NCBI GenBank assembly: GCA_902509555.1
Contig: CABWYS010000004.1
Coordinates: 1,771 to 65,770, forward strand
Length of the DNA: 64,000 nucleotides
From: an uncultured SAR86 cluster bacterium
GTDB lineage: Bacteria > Pseudomonadota > Gammaproteobacteria > Magnimaribacterales > D2472
Direction: 5' to 3'
The position numbers were made by a program, and so were the translations under genes. The notes under the pieces were generated by a model that had not been told where the DNA came from, did not search any database, and saw nothing but the letters and a program-made list of their open reading frames with translations. Of this stretch, positions 42,712 through 53,037 are shown in pieces. How positions within the stretch are numbered: the stretch's first letter is position 1; every line of letters begins with the position of its first letter.

Positions 42712-43725
42712 ATGTCGTTGAATACATTAGAAGAAATAGCTGAATACATAGTCTCAGACGGTAAGGGAATTCTGGCAGCAGACGAAAGCAATCCTACCTG
42801 TGGAAAGCGTTTTGATTCTATTGGGGTTGAGTCTACAGAAACTAATAGGCGAGATTACAGGGAAATGCTTTTTAGAGCTACCGGCATGAAAGACAATATT
42901 GGAGGGGTAATCTTATTTGATGAGACGATTAGACAAAACGCTGAAGATGGAACTCCTCTCGTAGATTTAATTAAGAATCAGGGAGCATTGACTGGCATTA
43001 AGGTTGATAAAGGCTTGGCTCCATTAGAGTCTTCTCCAGAGGAAACAGTTACTCAAGGCTTGGATGGACTGGACGAACGTTGCAAAGAATACGTTTCTCT
43101 TGGTGCAAAATTTACCAAGTGGAGAGCAGTGATAAAGATATCTGACACAATCCCTTCTGATGAATGCATTGAGGCTAATATGCGAGCATTGGCAAAGTAC
43201 GCAAAAATTGTTCAAGACAATAATATGGTACCTATGGTTGAGCCTGAGGTTTTGATGGATGGAGTCCATTCAATTGAGCGATGCTATGCAGTAACCAGCC
43301 AATCTCTAAAATCACTCTTTGATTGTTTAAAGGATGAGGGAGTTAATATTGCTGGGACAATTTTAAAACCCAATATGGTAACTTCTGGATCCATGTCTGA
43401 AAGCCAAGCTTCAGTTCAAGAGGTAGCAGAAATGACAGTTAAGTGCCTCAATGAAAATGTTCCATCAGAACTTCCAGGAGTAACATTTCTTTCAGGCGGC
43501 CAATCTGATGTTGACGCTACTGCACATCTAGATGCTATGAATAAGATCGGTGATTTTTCTTGGAAGTTGAGTTTTTCTTATGGAAGGGCATTGCAGCAAC
43601 CATCCCTAAAGGCTTGGCTTGGCAAGGAAGAAAATGTTTCTCTTGCTCAGGACGCGCTTTCCCATAGAGCGTTAATGAACAAGCTTGCAGCAAATGGTGC
43701 TTGGAATCCAGGGCTAGAAAACTAG
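42712..43725 (+). CDS. fba: Fructose-bisphosphate aldolase class I (Schiff-base, eukaryote-like)
   Basis: GKGILAADES, GIKVDKG, KWR.V, VEPEV, LKPNMV, FLSGGQS, FSYGRALQ. Confidence 0.96.
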   Translation: MSLNTLEEIAEYIVSDGKGILAADESNPTCGKRFDSIGVESTETNRRDYREMLFRATGMKDNIGGVILFDETIRQNAEDGTPLVDLIKNQGALTGIKVDKGLAPLESSPEETVTQGLDGLDERCKEYVSLGAKFTKWRAVIKISDTIPSDECIEANMRALAKYAKIVQDNNMVPMVEPEVLMDGVHSIERCYAVTSQSLKSLFDCLKDEGVNIAGTILKPNMVTSGSMSESQASVQEVAEMTVKCLNENVPSELPGVTFLSGGQSDVDATAHLDAMNKIGDFSWKLSFSYGRALQQPSLKAWLGKEENVSLAQDALSHRALMNKLAANGAWNPGLEN

Positions 43726-43736
43726 GTTTAATTTCA

Positions 43737-44174
43737 TTGCAAGCTTTAGCTCAGCGAGTCTCATCTGCAAAGATATGCATTAATGCTAAGACTTATTCTT
43801 TAATCAACGAAGGAATTTTGGCATACGTATGTTTTGAAAAAGATGATAATGAGGAGGTAATAGAAAAATTTATATCTAAAATTATCAATTTTTCTTTTTT
43901 TACAGGAGATAGAAGCATAATGTCTGAAAGTTTAAAGGAGATAAAAGGAGAATTAATGATTGTTAGTCAATTTACTTTATCTGCTGTAACGCATAAAGGC
44001 AACAAACCCAGCTTTCACAAAGCAGCAAGCACTGAAAAAGCTAATTATCTTTATGACTTGTTAATAGAAAGGCTTAATGATTGCCCTATACATTGTCAAT
44101 CAGGAGTGTTTGGATCTGATATGGATATTCATTCTGTCAATGCTGGGCCTGTAACTTTTTCCTTTAAGATATGA
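43737..44174 (+). CDS. dtd: D-aminoacyl-tRNA deacylase
   Basis: QRV..A, SQFTL, KGNKPSF, N.GPVT; TTG start at 43737 inferred. Confidence 0.92.
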   Translation: MQALAQRVSSAKICINAKTYSLINEGILAYVCFEKDDNEEVIEKFISKIINFSFFTGDRSIMSESLKEIKGELMIVSQFTLSAVTHKGNKPSFHKAASTEKANYLYDLLIERLNDCPIHCQSGVFGSDMDIHSVNAGPVTFSFKI

Positions 44175-44178
44175 GTTT

Positions 44179-45351
44179 ATGAGCAATCAATCAGATAGTT
44201 TTGTAACTGAAGTAGATACATGGATTGAAGAAAATTGTCCTAAATCAATGAGAACACCAATGCCTGTTAATGAGCAGGTTTGGGCCTCTTCTGAGATTCA
44301 ATTTCCCACTACTGATTCTAAGATCTGGTTTGATGCAATGGTATCCAAGGGATGGTGCACACCAGAATGGCCGGTGGAATATGGAGGTGGAGGTTTATCT
44401 TTTGATGAAGCAAAAATTTTACGAAGTCGTTTAAAATTTTTTGGATGCAGACCAGCTCAAATTAATTTTGGGATCTCGATGTTGGGGCCTGTTATTTTAG
44501 AATTTGGAACTGATGACCAAAAAAAAGAATTTTTACCAAAAATTTCACGAGGTGAAATTTGGTGGTGTCAGGGATTTTCTGAACCAGGAGCTGGATCAGA
44601 TCTGGCAAATATTTCGACCTCAGCTGAGCTTAAAGGCGATGAATACTTAATTAATGGATCCAAGATTTGGACATCTGAAGCTAATAAGGCTGATTGGATG
44701 TATTGTTTGGTTAGAACTGCTAAAACAGAAAAGAAACAAGCAGGCATATCATTTATTTTATTGAATTTAAAGCAGTCAAATATTGATATTAAACCAATTA
44801 AACTTTTAAGTGGCCAATCTCCTTTTTGTCAGGTTTTTTTTGATGATGTTGTAGCCAGGGAGTCTCATAGAATTGCAAAAGAAAACAATGGTTGGAAGGT
44901 TGCAAAAAGACTTCTTGAATTTGAGAGAACCATGATGGCAGACCTTGGCAGTGAGGGAGCTGTCGACATTGAGCCCATTAAAACTTATAAAAATAGTGAA
45001 GCTTTAAATGCTCCTGGTCAAACTAAGCTGCATAAGAAAATAATAAAACATGAAATGCGCAACCATTTAATTGATTTAACCATGGGAAGAACGGCCATTG
45101 AATCAAAGAACGGCTTTTCTCCTGCAGCCCTCTCATTGAAATATATCAGCACAGAGGAAACTCAGACCAGGTGGGAACTTAATGTTGCAAGTCTTGGTGC
45201 TGGAGGCCTAGAGATTGTTGAAAAAAGCCAAGGACCAAAACAAGAAATTGCTAAATCTTTTTTCTACTCTAAGGCTTATACTATTGCTGGAGGAAGTTCA
45301 GAGGTTCAGTTGAACATTATTTCAAAACATATTTTAGGACTCCCATCATGA
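44179..45351 (+). CDS. Acyl-CoA dehydrogenase family protein
   Basis: WCQGFSEPGAGSDLA, INGSKIWTS, TIAGGSSEVQ. Confidence 0.94.
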   Translation: MSNQSDSFVTEVDTWIEENCPKSMRTPMPVNEQVWASSEIQFPTTDSKIWFDAMVSKGWCTPEWPVEYGGGGLSFDEAKILRSRLKFFGCRPAQINFGISMLGPVILEFGTDDQKKEFLPKISRGEIWWCQGFSEPGAGSDLANISTSAELKGDEYLINGSKIWTSEANKADWMYCLVRTAKTEKKQAGISFILLNLKQSNIDIKPIKLLSGQSPFCQVFFDDVVARESHRIAKENNGWKVAKRLLEFERTMMADLGSEGAVDIEPIKTYKNSEALNAPGQTKLHKKIIKHEMRNHLIDLTMGRTAIESKNGFSPAALSLKYISTEETQTRWELNVASLGAGGLEIVEKSQGPKQEIAKSFFYSKAYTIAGGSSEVQLNIISKHILGLPS

Positions 45352-45950
45352 CAATAAAAAAAATATCAGTATTTTGCGGCGCCCATCTAGGTAAATCGCC
45401 TGATTATAAAATTGCTGCTCAGCAAATTGGAAAAATGATGGCTGAGAAAGATCTAGAAGTAATTTTTGGAGGCGGTAATGTTGGCTTGATGAAAATTGTT
45501 GCTGATACCGCTGTTGATAATGGTGGAAGAGCAACAGGCATTACATTGAAATCACTGCATGAATTTGAACTTACTAATCCCAATATCGATGAAACTATCA
45601 TCACACATTCTCTTTTTGAGCGAAAAGAGAAATTTTTAGACATCAGCGACGCTTTCATTGTTTTGCCTGGAGGTGTCGGCTCTATGGATGAGCTTCTAGA
45701 GGTGATGGTCAGCAATCAACTGGGGGGGATCAATAAGCCCGTAGGCCTATTAAATATTAATGGTTACTATGATGGCTTTCTAAGCTGGTTACAGCACTCA
45801 GTTGATGAAGAATTTGTGTCTATCGAAAACCAAAATCAAATCCTAGTTCATGATGACCCAAAAGAATTATTGGAAATGATTTTATCTGCTCAAATGCCCT
45901 CTTCAGATACTTGGATAGAAAGACTTAATGTAGATTTTCCAAAAGACTAG
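45348..45950 (+). CDS. LOG-family nucleotide 5'-monophosphate nucleosidase (TIGR00730-like)
   Basis: VFCG, GG..GLM, RK, PGGVGSMDE. Confidence 0.92.
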   Translation: MTIKKISVFCGAHLGKSPDYKIAAQQIGKMMAEKDLEVIFGGGNVGLMKIVADTAVDNGGRATGITLKSLHEFELTNPNIDETIITHSLFERKEKFLDISDAFIVLPGGVGSMDELLEVMVSNQLGGINKPVGLLNINGYYDGFLSWLQHSVDEEFVSIENQNQILVHDDPKELLEMILSAQMPSSDTWIERLNVDFPKD

Positions 45951-46663
45951 CTTTTTGGGTCTCGAGATATTAATAGCCCCACCTCAAAAAGCAGCCACAT
46001 AGGTATAGCCAAAAATAGTTGAGAGAAAATATCTGGCGGCGTTAAAAACATTCCAATTACAAAAAAACTAATAATCAAATATGGTCTTATGCTCTTGATG
46101 TGATCTTTTGATATTAATCCAGTAGTGATAATTAAAAATGTTGCTATGGGAATTTCAAAAGCAAAACCAAAAGCAAAAAAAAGTTTTAATACGAAATCTA
46201 AATATTTATTTATGTCTGTCATTACCTGAATTGAGTCAGGAGCAGCTGAAATAAAAAAGCTCAAGATGATAGGGTTGACGACAAAGTAAGCAAAAATAAC
46301 ACCAGCATAAAAAAGTATTACTGAGGAGAGAATTAATGGTCCGACAAAAGCTTTCTCTCTTTTGTATAGTCCTGGAGAAACAAAGCCCCAAAGCTCAATA
46401 AAAAAATAAGGCACCGATATCAATAAGGCTGTATAAATTGTTACTCTTAATGGCGCAAGAAATGGAGAAGCCACTTCGGTTGCAATCATGCTACTTCCAG
46501 GAGGCATCAGTTCCATTAATGGAGAAGAGACAAAGGCATAAATGTAGTTAGTGAATGGCAAACAACATATCAGGATAAATCCCGCAAACAAAAACATTCT
46601 AATTATTCTTGCGCGCAATTCTTTTAAATGCCCAATGAACGTCATGTCATTTGGATCTGCCAT
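45947..46663 (-). CDS. tatC: Twin-arginine translocase TatC
   Basis: HLKELR.R, FVSPGLY..E, FE.P, TPPD. Confidence 0.96.
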   Translation of the reverse strand: MADPNDMTFIGHLKELRARIIRMFLFAGFILICCLPFTNYIYAFVSSPLMELMPPGSSMIATEVASPFLAPLRVTIYTALLISVPYFFIELWGFVSPGLYKREKAFVGPLILSSVILFYAGVIFAYFVVNPIILSFFISAAPDSIQVMTDINKYLDFVLKLFFAFGFAFEIPIATFLIITTGLISKDHIKSIRPYLIISFFVIGMFLTPPDIFSQLFLAIPMWLLFEVGLLISRDPKS

Positions 46664-46892
46664 CTTTTTCCTTATCGAGCTCTTCCATCCTCAGCTCATT
46701 AAAAATGTCTTGCTTTAGGTCCTCAGCACCAATATCTCTCTCTATGGAGGATCTAAATTCAAAAAACTTGTTTTGCAACCAGGTAAAGTTTTTCATTATG
46801 GACTTTATGAATCCTGGCAGTTTATCTGGGCCGATCACAATTATCCCGACAAGCAGGATAATTAGAATCTCAAGAAATCCAATTTGTAACAA
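46647..46892 (-). CDS. tatB: Twin-arginine translocase TatB (short)
   Basis: IGFLE......IVIGPDKLP; between tatA and tatC. Confidence 0.9.
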   Translation of the reverse strand: MLQIGFLEILIILLVGIIVIGPDKLPGFIKSIMKNFTWLQNKFFEFRSSIERDIGAEDLKQDIFNELRMEELDKEKDGRSK

Positions 46893-46895
46893 TTT

Positions 46896-47081
46896 TTATT
46901 GATCGTCTGATTTAGACTCAGAATCTTTGGTTAAGTCTTCATCCTTAATAGCTTTTTTAAACCCTTTAAGGCCCTCTCCTAGATCTGAACCCATAGTTCT
47001 TATTTTTTTTCCACCAAATAAAACAAGTATCACAACCAATATGATTAATATTTGCCAAAAACTTATCCCACCTATTCCCAT
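46896..47081 (-). CDS. tatA: Twin-arginine translocase TatA
   Basis: LFGGKK...GSDLG...KGFKKA. Confidence 0.95.
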   Translation of the reverse strand: MGIGGISFWQILIILVVILVLFGGKKIRTMGSDLGEGLKGFKKAIKDEDLTKDSESKSDDQ

Positions 47082-47097
47082 AATTAACTCCTGATTC

Positions 47098-48666
47098 TCA
47101 TGTCAATAATGTTCCAGTAAGAATCATAATAATACCTATAAGTGTAAGTATAGTTAGATTTTGCCATTTTCGCTGATTTTGAAGGCTGCCTTCAAGGTTT
47201 TTAATAAGTTCAGTATTTTTTTTCCCATCATTTGCTAGAAATTTCATGTTATCGAGTAAGTCAAAAATTTCTCCTGGCAAAGAAGACGCTTTATCTAATA
47301 TTTCGTAATGATTATTTTCTAAAAACTCTTTTAGTTTTAAAGGGCTGAATTGCCTATCAATCCATTTATCAAGGTATGGCTCAGCAAGACCCCAGAAATC
47401 AAGATTAGCATATATCTCCCTACCCATACCTTCTATGTGTATGAGTGTTTTTTGTAAAAGTATAAGTGAGGGTTGAACCGACAAACCAAATTGCCTTGTT
47501 GAGTCAAATAAATAAAGCAACAAATTTCCAAATTCAATTTCTGATAAAGGTTTTTCAAAAATTGGTTCGCAGGTAGCTCTCAAGGTTTGTTCTAATTCCG
47601 CTTTGTTAGTTTGGCTTGACACCCACCCAGCTCCTATAAACAGCTCAGATAATTTGTAGTAGTCTTGTTTTAATGTAGCTTGCAGCATTCTTGCTAAATT
47701 GTACTGATCCTCCCTGCTAAGGGACCCGACTATGGCGCAGTCAATTGCTATATAGCTTGGCTGGGCTATATTTTCTTTGCTAACAAAAATATTTCCAGGG
47801 TGCATATCGGCATGAAAGAAATTATCTCTGAATACTTGATCTAAAAATATTTTTACTCCATTTTCAGCAAGAGTTTTTCGATCAATGCCAAGCTCATCCA
47901 TTAAATCAATATCTGTGCATGCTATTCCATCAATTTCCTCTAAGGTTAAAACATTTACTGCAGTTTGATCCCAGAACACTTTTGGAATAAATAATAGATC
48001 TGAATCAGCAAAGTTTTTCTTAGTAACGGTAGTATTTGCAGCTTCAATTTTTAAATCTAACTCTTTAAAAATTGTTTTTTCATAATCATGAATAACATCT
48101 TTAAGCTTGAGTCTGTGACTTTCTTTATAAAACAAGTTAATTAAAAAGCCCCCAGCTTTCATCACCCTTATATTCCTGTTGACTTGCTTCTGGATGCCCG
48201 GTCTTAAGACTTTAATTACAACTCTCTCAGATGAGCTTTTCAGTTTCGCCCTGTGCACCTGAGCCAGTGATGCAGCTGCCAATGGCGTATCTTCAAATTC
48301 CTCAAAAACATCATCAATTTTGATTTTTAGACTCTTTTCAATTATTTCCTTGGCTACCTTGGTTGAAAATGGATTGCATTGATCAGTTAAGCCTTTTAAG
48401 TGAGAGGTTATTTCAACTGATACAGCATCTGTTCTAGTTGAGAGTAATTGACCAAATTTTATGAACATCGGGCCCAAGCTCTCTAAAAAATTTCTAATTC
48501 TTAGACCGTGTGGAATTTTTTTATTAAGTAAATAAAAAGGATTCAATAGCCCAATTGAATTTATTAAAAAGGAGTTGCTGTTATCACTTGGTATATTAAT
48601 AACACCATACCTAAATGCCTGAAAGAAAATTTTTACACAATCAAGAATTGAAAGAAGAATGTTCAT
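47098..48666 (-). CDS. ubiB: Ubiquinone biosynthesis atypical kinase UbiB
   Basis: LGP.FIKFGQ.LSTR.D, AAASLAQVH, FFHADMHPGN. Confidence 0.96.
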   Translation of the reverse strand: MNILLSILDCVKIFFQAFRYGVINIPSDNSNSFLINSIGLLNPFYLLNKKIPHGLRIRNFLESLGPMFIKFGQLLSTRTDAVSVEITSHLKGLTDQCNPFSTKVAKEIIEKSLKIKIDDVFEEFEDTPLAAASLAQVHRAKLKSSSERVVIKVLRPGIQKQVNRNIRVMKAGGFLINLFYKESHRLKLKDVIHDYEKTIFKELDLKIEAANTTVTKKNFADSDLLFIPKVFWDQTAVNVLTLEEIDGIACTDIDLMDELGIDRKTLAENGVKIFLDQVFRDNFFHADMHPGNIFVSKENIAQPSYIAIDCAIVGSLSREDQYNLARMLQATLKQDYYKLSELFIGAGWVSSQTNKAELEQTLRATCEPIFEKPLSEIEFGNLLLYLFDSTRQFGLSVQPSLILLQKTLIHIEGMGREIYANLDFWGLAEPYLDKWIDRQFSPLKLKEFLENNHYEILDKASSLPGEIFDLLDNMKFLANDGKKNTELIKNLEGSLQNQRKWQNLTILTLIGIIMILTGTLLT

Positions 48667-49163
48667 TGATTTATTAAAACATGTTCAAGTCTATCAAGCC
48701 TTATTGAAATATCTCTAAAAGATTCAAGGATTTTATTTGCCTCATCTTCCTGTGCCATTGAATTCTTTTCTAATGATTGAGTAAGAATTATTTTTCTTAA
48801 AATTAATGCAGGGATATCTCCAAAATATTTATAGACTAGAAGCTCTACATCAATATCAATATTTGCTATAGCACCTAGTAAAATTAATGCATTCTCAACA
48901 TCCCCAGAAATCGATTTTGTTGGAATTTGTTTATTATTCAAACCATTCAACACAGTATAAATACTCAATTTTAATGAAAAGCTTGGGTTTGGATGTTCAA
49001 AGAAATTAAAAGTTTGCTTGTCATGATTTAAAGCAATAGAGAATTTAGATACTGAAGAAACTTCTATATTAAATTCCAAGGGGTATAGGTTCTCAATTTG
49101 ACTAAAAGCTCCGGGAGATAAAGATTTCAGTTCCTTTAAAAATTTATTTAATGCTACTTGCAT
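48663..49163 (-). CDS. ubiJ: Ubiquinone accessory factor UbiJ-like (divergent)
   Basis: Between ubiE and ubiB; ISGDVE, FGD, C-terminal RLDRLE. Confidence 0.7.
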   Translation of the reverse strand: MQVALNKFLKELKSLSPGAFSQIENLYPLEFNIEVSSVSKFSIALNHDKQTFNFFEHPNPSFSLKLSIYTVLNGLNNKQIPTKSISGDVENALILLGAIANIDIDVELLVYKYFGDIPALILRKIILTQSLEKNSMAQEDEANKILESFRDISIRLDRLEHVLINQ

Positions 49164-49165
49164 AA

Positions 49166-49900
49166 TTATTTTGCTTTATGAATAGACACAACACCATTCA
49201 CAAGATTGTAAAATTTACAATCATCAAATCCAGCATCAAGAACTATATCTTTTAATGTTTCTTGATCAGGATGCACTCTTATTGATTCAGCCAGGTATTG
49301 ATAGCTTTCAGAATCATTGGCCAGAAAACTACCCAATTTAGGTATGATATTAAATGAATACCAATCATAAATTTTAGAAAAAAAAGAATTTGTAGGTTTA
49401 GAAAATTCTAAAATTAATAGGACACCATTAGCTTTCAAGACTCTTCTCATTTCTTTCAGCCCCCTTTCCTTGTCAGTAAAATTCCTCAGCCCAAATCCAA
49501 CAGTAACCAAATCAAAAGTTTGATCCTGATAAGGAAGGCTCTCGCCAGATGCTAAGGCAAAACTGCAATTATGAAAGAAGTTTTCATTAATTGCTCGATC
49601 TTTTCCAAGAGCAAGCATTGATGCATTAATATCTGTTACATGCATTGATACAGATTTAAATTTTTTGTTAATTAATCTTGGAATATCAGCCGTGCCACTT
49701 GCAATATCGAGAGCTGTAGAGCCTTCGCTTAACTCTGAGAGCTCAATTAACATTTTCTTCCATAGTCTATGCATGCCAAATGACATGGCATCATTCATCA
49801 AATCATATTTCTCAGCAACAGAATGAAAGACATCTCCAACATGCTCAGCTTTTTCATTAACATCGACTTCTTTAAAGCCAAAATGTGTTTTTTCGTTCAT
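49166..49900 (-). CDS. ubiE: Ubiquinone/menaquinone C-methyltransferase
   Basis: THFGF, YDLMND.MS.G.HRLWK, LDIASGT, FGLRN, YLAESI. Confidence 0.97.
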   Translation of the reverse strand: MNEKTHFGFKEVDVNEKAEHVGDVFHSVAEKYDLMNDAMSFGMHRLWKKMLIELSELSEGSTALDIASGTADIPRLINKKFKSVSMHVTDINASMLALGKDRAINENFFHNCSFALASGESLPYQDQTFDLVTVGFGLRNFTDKERGLKEMRRVLKANGVLLILEFSKPTNSFFSKIYDWYSFNIIPKLGSFLANDSESYQYLAESIRVHPDQETLKDIVLDAGFDDCKFYNLVNGVVSIHKAK

Positions 49901-50787
49901 TTGCTTTTCTCTTGATTGCTTAAAAAGATAAAATTATTGTATCTACTTTCCTCAATATCACCATTTTTTAGAGCAGCCATAACTGCACACCCTTCATCAA
50001 TTTGATGAGAGCAATTTGGAAAAGCGCAGTTTAAAGAATAATCCATGATTTCAGGAAACCCTAATATGATTTCATTTGGTTTCAAATGATCAATGCCAAT
50101 GTCTCTGACCCCTGGAGAATCAATGATCTGCATTTCTTTTGCATAATAAAGAGTAGAAACTGAGGTGGTATGGACACCTTGATTGTTAGACAGTGCTTTC
50201 GATAATATTTTTTTACAAGTAAGTGCGGAGGTTAAGGTAGATTTTCCTGAACCAGAGTTCCCAACAAATATTGTAGTTCTTTTGTAAAGATATTTTTTTA
50301 ACTCATCTATGTTCGTAAATAATTTTGCAGATATTTGAAAGTTTTTTATTCCAATATTCTCATAAACTTTCTGTATTTCATTAAATGCATCATCTTGCAA
50401 TAAGTCTATTTTATTAAAAATAATAAAAGGCTCTATCGAAGCATTCTTTGAAATGATTATCCATTTATCAATAAACTCAAGATTTGTTTTGGGGTTTTGA
50501 GTGACTAAAATACCAATGTGCGAAATATTCGCAGCTATTGGTTTCTTAACTTTTTCCTTTGACTTATATAGAGCGGTGACTCTATTTAGGCGCTTTGTAA
50601 CTAATCCTTGCTTGGTATCATCATCGGCAATTATCTTAAACTCAACAAGATCGCCTACCACAAGATTAATTCTTCCCTGTATTGTGCATTTAAATTCTTT
50701 GCTTGCAGATGCAACACAACAGGAGTTTGAGTAGAACTCAATTATTTGACCGGTTTGAACTTTTAACATCTTGGGCTCAAAATACAC
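49897..50787 (-). CDS. rsgA: Ribosome small subunit-dependent GTPase RsgA (start may be ATG 50769)
   Basis: NKIDL, GNSGSGKS, HTT, IDSPG, C.F.NC.H..D.GC zinc finger; divergent from orn. Confidence 0.95.
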   Translation of the reverse strand: MYFEPKMLKVQTGQIIEFYSNSCCVASASKEFKCTIQGRINLVVGDLVEFKIIADDDTKQGLVTKRLNRVTALYKSKEKVKKPIAANISHIGILVTQNPKTNLEFIDKWIIISKNASIEPFIIFNKIDLLQDDAFNEIQKVYENIGIKNFQISAKLFTNIDELKKYLYKRTTIFVGNSGSGKSTLTSALTCKKILSKALSNNQGVHTTSVSTLYYAKEMQIIDSPGVRDIGIDHLKPNEIILGFPEIMDYSLNCAFPNCSHQIDEGCAVMAALKNGDIEESRYNNFIFLSNQEKSK

Positions 50788-50811
50788 TATAGTTAAAATT
50801 TAACAACATTT

Positions 50812-51357
50812 ATGTCTACTCAAAAATCAAATCAAAACCTGATCTGGATTGATCTTGAAATGACTGGATTAGATCCAGACAAAGAGAGAATTATAGAGAT
50901 TGCTACTATTATCACAGATAGTAATCTTACCATTGTTGCAGAGGGCCCAAATTTAGTTATCAATCAACCTAAAGAACTTATTGAAAAAATGGATGAGTGG
51001 AATACCAGGCAGCATGGAAACTCTGGTCTTACTAAATCAGTCCACGAGAGTAGTATTTCAGAGCAGGCTGCGGAGATAGAAACTCTAGAATTTATTTCAA
51101 AATATGTAGGAAACAAGATATCTCCAATGTGTGGGAATACGGTCTCTCATGATAGAAGGTTCCTAGCAAAATATATGCCTGATTTAGAATCATATTTTCA
51201 CTACCGGCATGTTGATGTTTCTTCAGTCAAGGAGCTAATTTCGAGATGGATGAATGATGCTCAAACATATGAAAAAAAAGGCTCACACAGAGCTCAGGAT
51301 GATATTAAAGAATCTATTAATGAGCTGAAACTATATAAGCAAATGCTATTTGATTGA
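50812..51357 (+). CDS. orn: Oligoribonuclease
   Basis: LIWIDLEMTGL, DRRFL, HYR..DVS, HRA.DDI.ES. Confidence 0.97.
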   Translation: MSTQKSNQNLIWIDLEMTGLDPDKERIIEIATIITDSNLTIVAEGPNLVINQPKELIEKMDEWNTRQHGNSGLTKSVHESSISEQAAEIETLEFISKYVGNKISPMCGNTVSHDRRFLAKYMPDLESYFHYRHVDVSSVKELISRWMNDAQTYEKKGSHRAQDDIKESINELKLYKQMLFD

Positions 51358-51358
51358 G

Positions 51359-52975
51359 TTAGGCTTTTGTTTCTTCTAATCTAAGATCTTTTCGATGAAG
51401 AACAAAAGACTTAGATGAGCCAATATCAGAATTAATTTCTTCTAATCCCTTGATGTAATTAAAAGAAGCTATGATTTTGTCCTCTGCACAATTTAAATAT
51501 AAATATCCTCGATTGGAGGGATCCATCCATTGAAGTTCTTTGTTAATTTTTACAATACTATTAACAAATTTCTTTTCATCTAAATTTAACATATCTGTAA
51601 TGCCAGGTGAGGTTACAGAGGGAGCCCCCAATTCAATACCTACTTTTCTGCCTGACTGATCCTCAAGCTCAGAAACCCAGCTATTATGAGTATCTCCAGC
51701 AAGGCTAATGAATCTTTTTTTAGCATTTATCATCAATTGATAAAGCCTATTTCTCTCTGCGGGATATCCATCCCATGCATCTAGGTTTGAAGGAATGCCT
51801 AAGCCTAAAAATTTTAAATAAGGTTTTAGGAAACTTGGGATTTCTTCTGATCTGAGCATTTTACTTATATCAGGAAACTTCAATTTTACCATTAAGACCT
51901 GTTGACCAAAAATAGTCCAGACAGCATTCGTACTTAAAATACTATTTTCAATCCATGAAAGCTGCTCACTGCCTAGGAGTTCTCTATTATCAGAATTTAG
52001 ATCGTTATAAAATTTTGCCTGGTTAAATCCTGATTTGGTTAAATATTCCTTTGGTTGAATTTGCTTGTCCCTTCCATATTGTCGGGTGTCCAGCATTATT
52101 AAATGTATTAGTTTGCCAATCTTAAATTCTCTAAATATTCTTCTTTTATTTTTCTGCTCTCTTACTGGCATCCATTCATAGTAAGCTTTGATAGCAGAAG
52201 ATCTTCGAGCATAGAAATCTCCCTCTGCTCCATCCTCAGAATGATTTTCAGCTCCTCGCTTCCATGCATCATTTGAAAACTCATGATCATCCCAGACAGC
52301 AATTAGTGGTGCATGTTTGTGCAAAGCTTTGGAGCCCTGATCTTGTTTATACTGAGCATGTCTTTGTCTGTAATCAGACAGAGTGATCATTTCATGCTTG
52401 GGTTCAGGAACTCTTCCTAGAATTTCTGCCTTATCTGTCGCATAGCCCCCCATTGGATATTCATATAAATAATCTCCTAAGTGCAGCCACAGGTCTAAGT
52501 TATTTTCTTCAGCCGCAGCTTGATAAGCATTGAAATATCCTGCAGGAAAGTTGCTGCAACTAAAAATTCCAATTTTTGCAGTTATTGTATTTTCTGAAAA
52601 TGTTTTTGACTGACCAGTATCTGAGATTGCGTTCCCAGCCCTAAATCTATAAAAAAACCCCCTGTCACTATCACAATACTGCTTTGCTAAAAAATCATAT
52701 TTGATTGTGTAGTCTGATAGGGAAGAAGTTTGTAATTTCTTTGAAAAAATAATTGGGGAAAAATTTTTATTTTCTGAGACTTCAAGAATGGCTTCGAGTG
52801 GCCCTGCTTGTTGGGGAGTTACCCTAGTCCACAAAATCACCCTATCATTTAGAGGATCTCCACTGGCAACGCCATGATGAAAAAAATAAGTATTTTTTGA
52901 GCAGCCAGAACTTATTGATGCCGTAAGACCTACTGCACCAATCGAAGAAATTTTTAGAGCCTGCCTTCTTTTCAT
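51359..52975 (-). CDS. phoD: Alkaline phosphatase D family, Tat-exported probable lipoprotein
   Basis: RR signal, HGVASGDP, HLGDYLYE, WDDHE, LDTR, DAWDGY..ER, GDTH. Confidence 0.93.
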   Translation of the reverse strand: MKRRQALKISSIGAVGLTASISSGCSKNTYFFHHGVASGDPLNDRVILWTRVTPQQAGPLEAILEVSENKNFSPIIFSKKLQTSSLSDYTIKYDFLAKQYCDSDRGFFYRFRAGNAISDTGQSKTFSENTITAKIGIFSCSNFPAGYFNAYQAAAEENNLDLWLHLGDYLYEYPMGGYATDKAEILGRVPEPKHEMITLSDYRQRHAQYKQDQGSKALHKHAPLIAVWDDHEFSNDAWKRGAENHSEDGAEGDFYARRSSAIKAYYEWMPVREQKNKRRIFREFKIGKLIHLIMLDTRQYGRDKQIQPKEYLTKSGFNQAKFYNDLNSDNRELLGSEQLSWIENSILSTNAVWTIFGQQVLMVKLKFPDISKMLRSEEIPSFLKPYLKFLGLGIPSNLDAWDGYPAERNRLYQLMINAKKRFISLAGDTHNSWVSELEDQSGRKVGIELGAPSVTSPGITDMLNLDEKKFVNSIVKINKELQWMDPSNRGYLYLNCAEDKIIASFNYIKGLEEINSDIGSSKSFVLHRKDLRLEETKA

Positions 52976-53037
52976 AACAAAATATTAACAGTCATTTGCT
53001 TAAATGCTAAGCAAAAAAATAGTCTATTCTTGTAGAG

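Noticed and set aside
52973-52991. Pho-box-like CTGTTAA-TATT-TTGTTAT at phoD
   Set aside because: Overlaps the start codon and -10 rather than the -35; better explained as an extended -10
52995-53019. TTTGCTTA-N5-TAAGCAAA hairpin as terminator of DUF1820
   Set aside because: On the transcribed minus strand the U-tract precedes the stem; could be an operator but nothing else supports that
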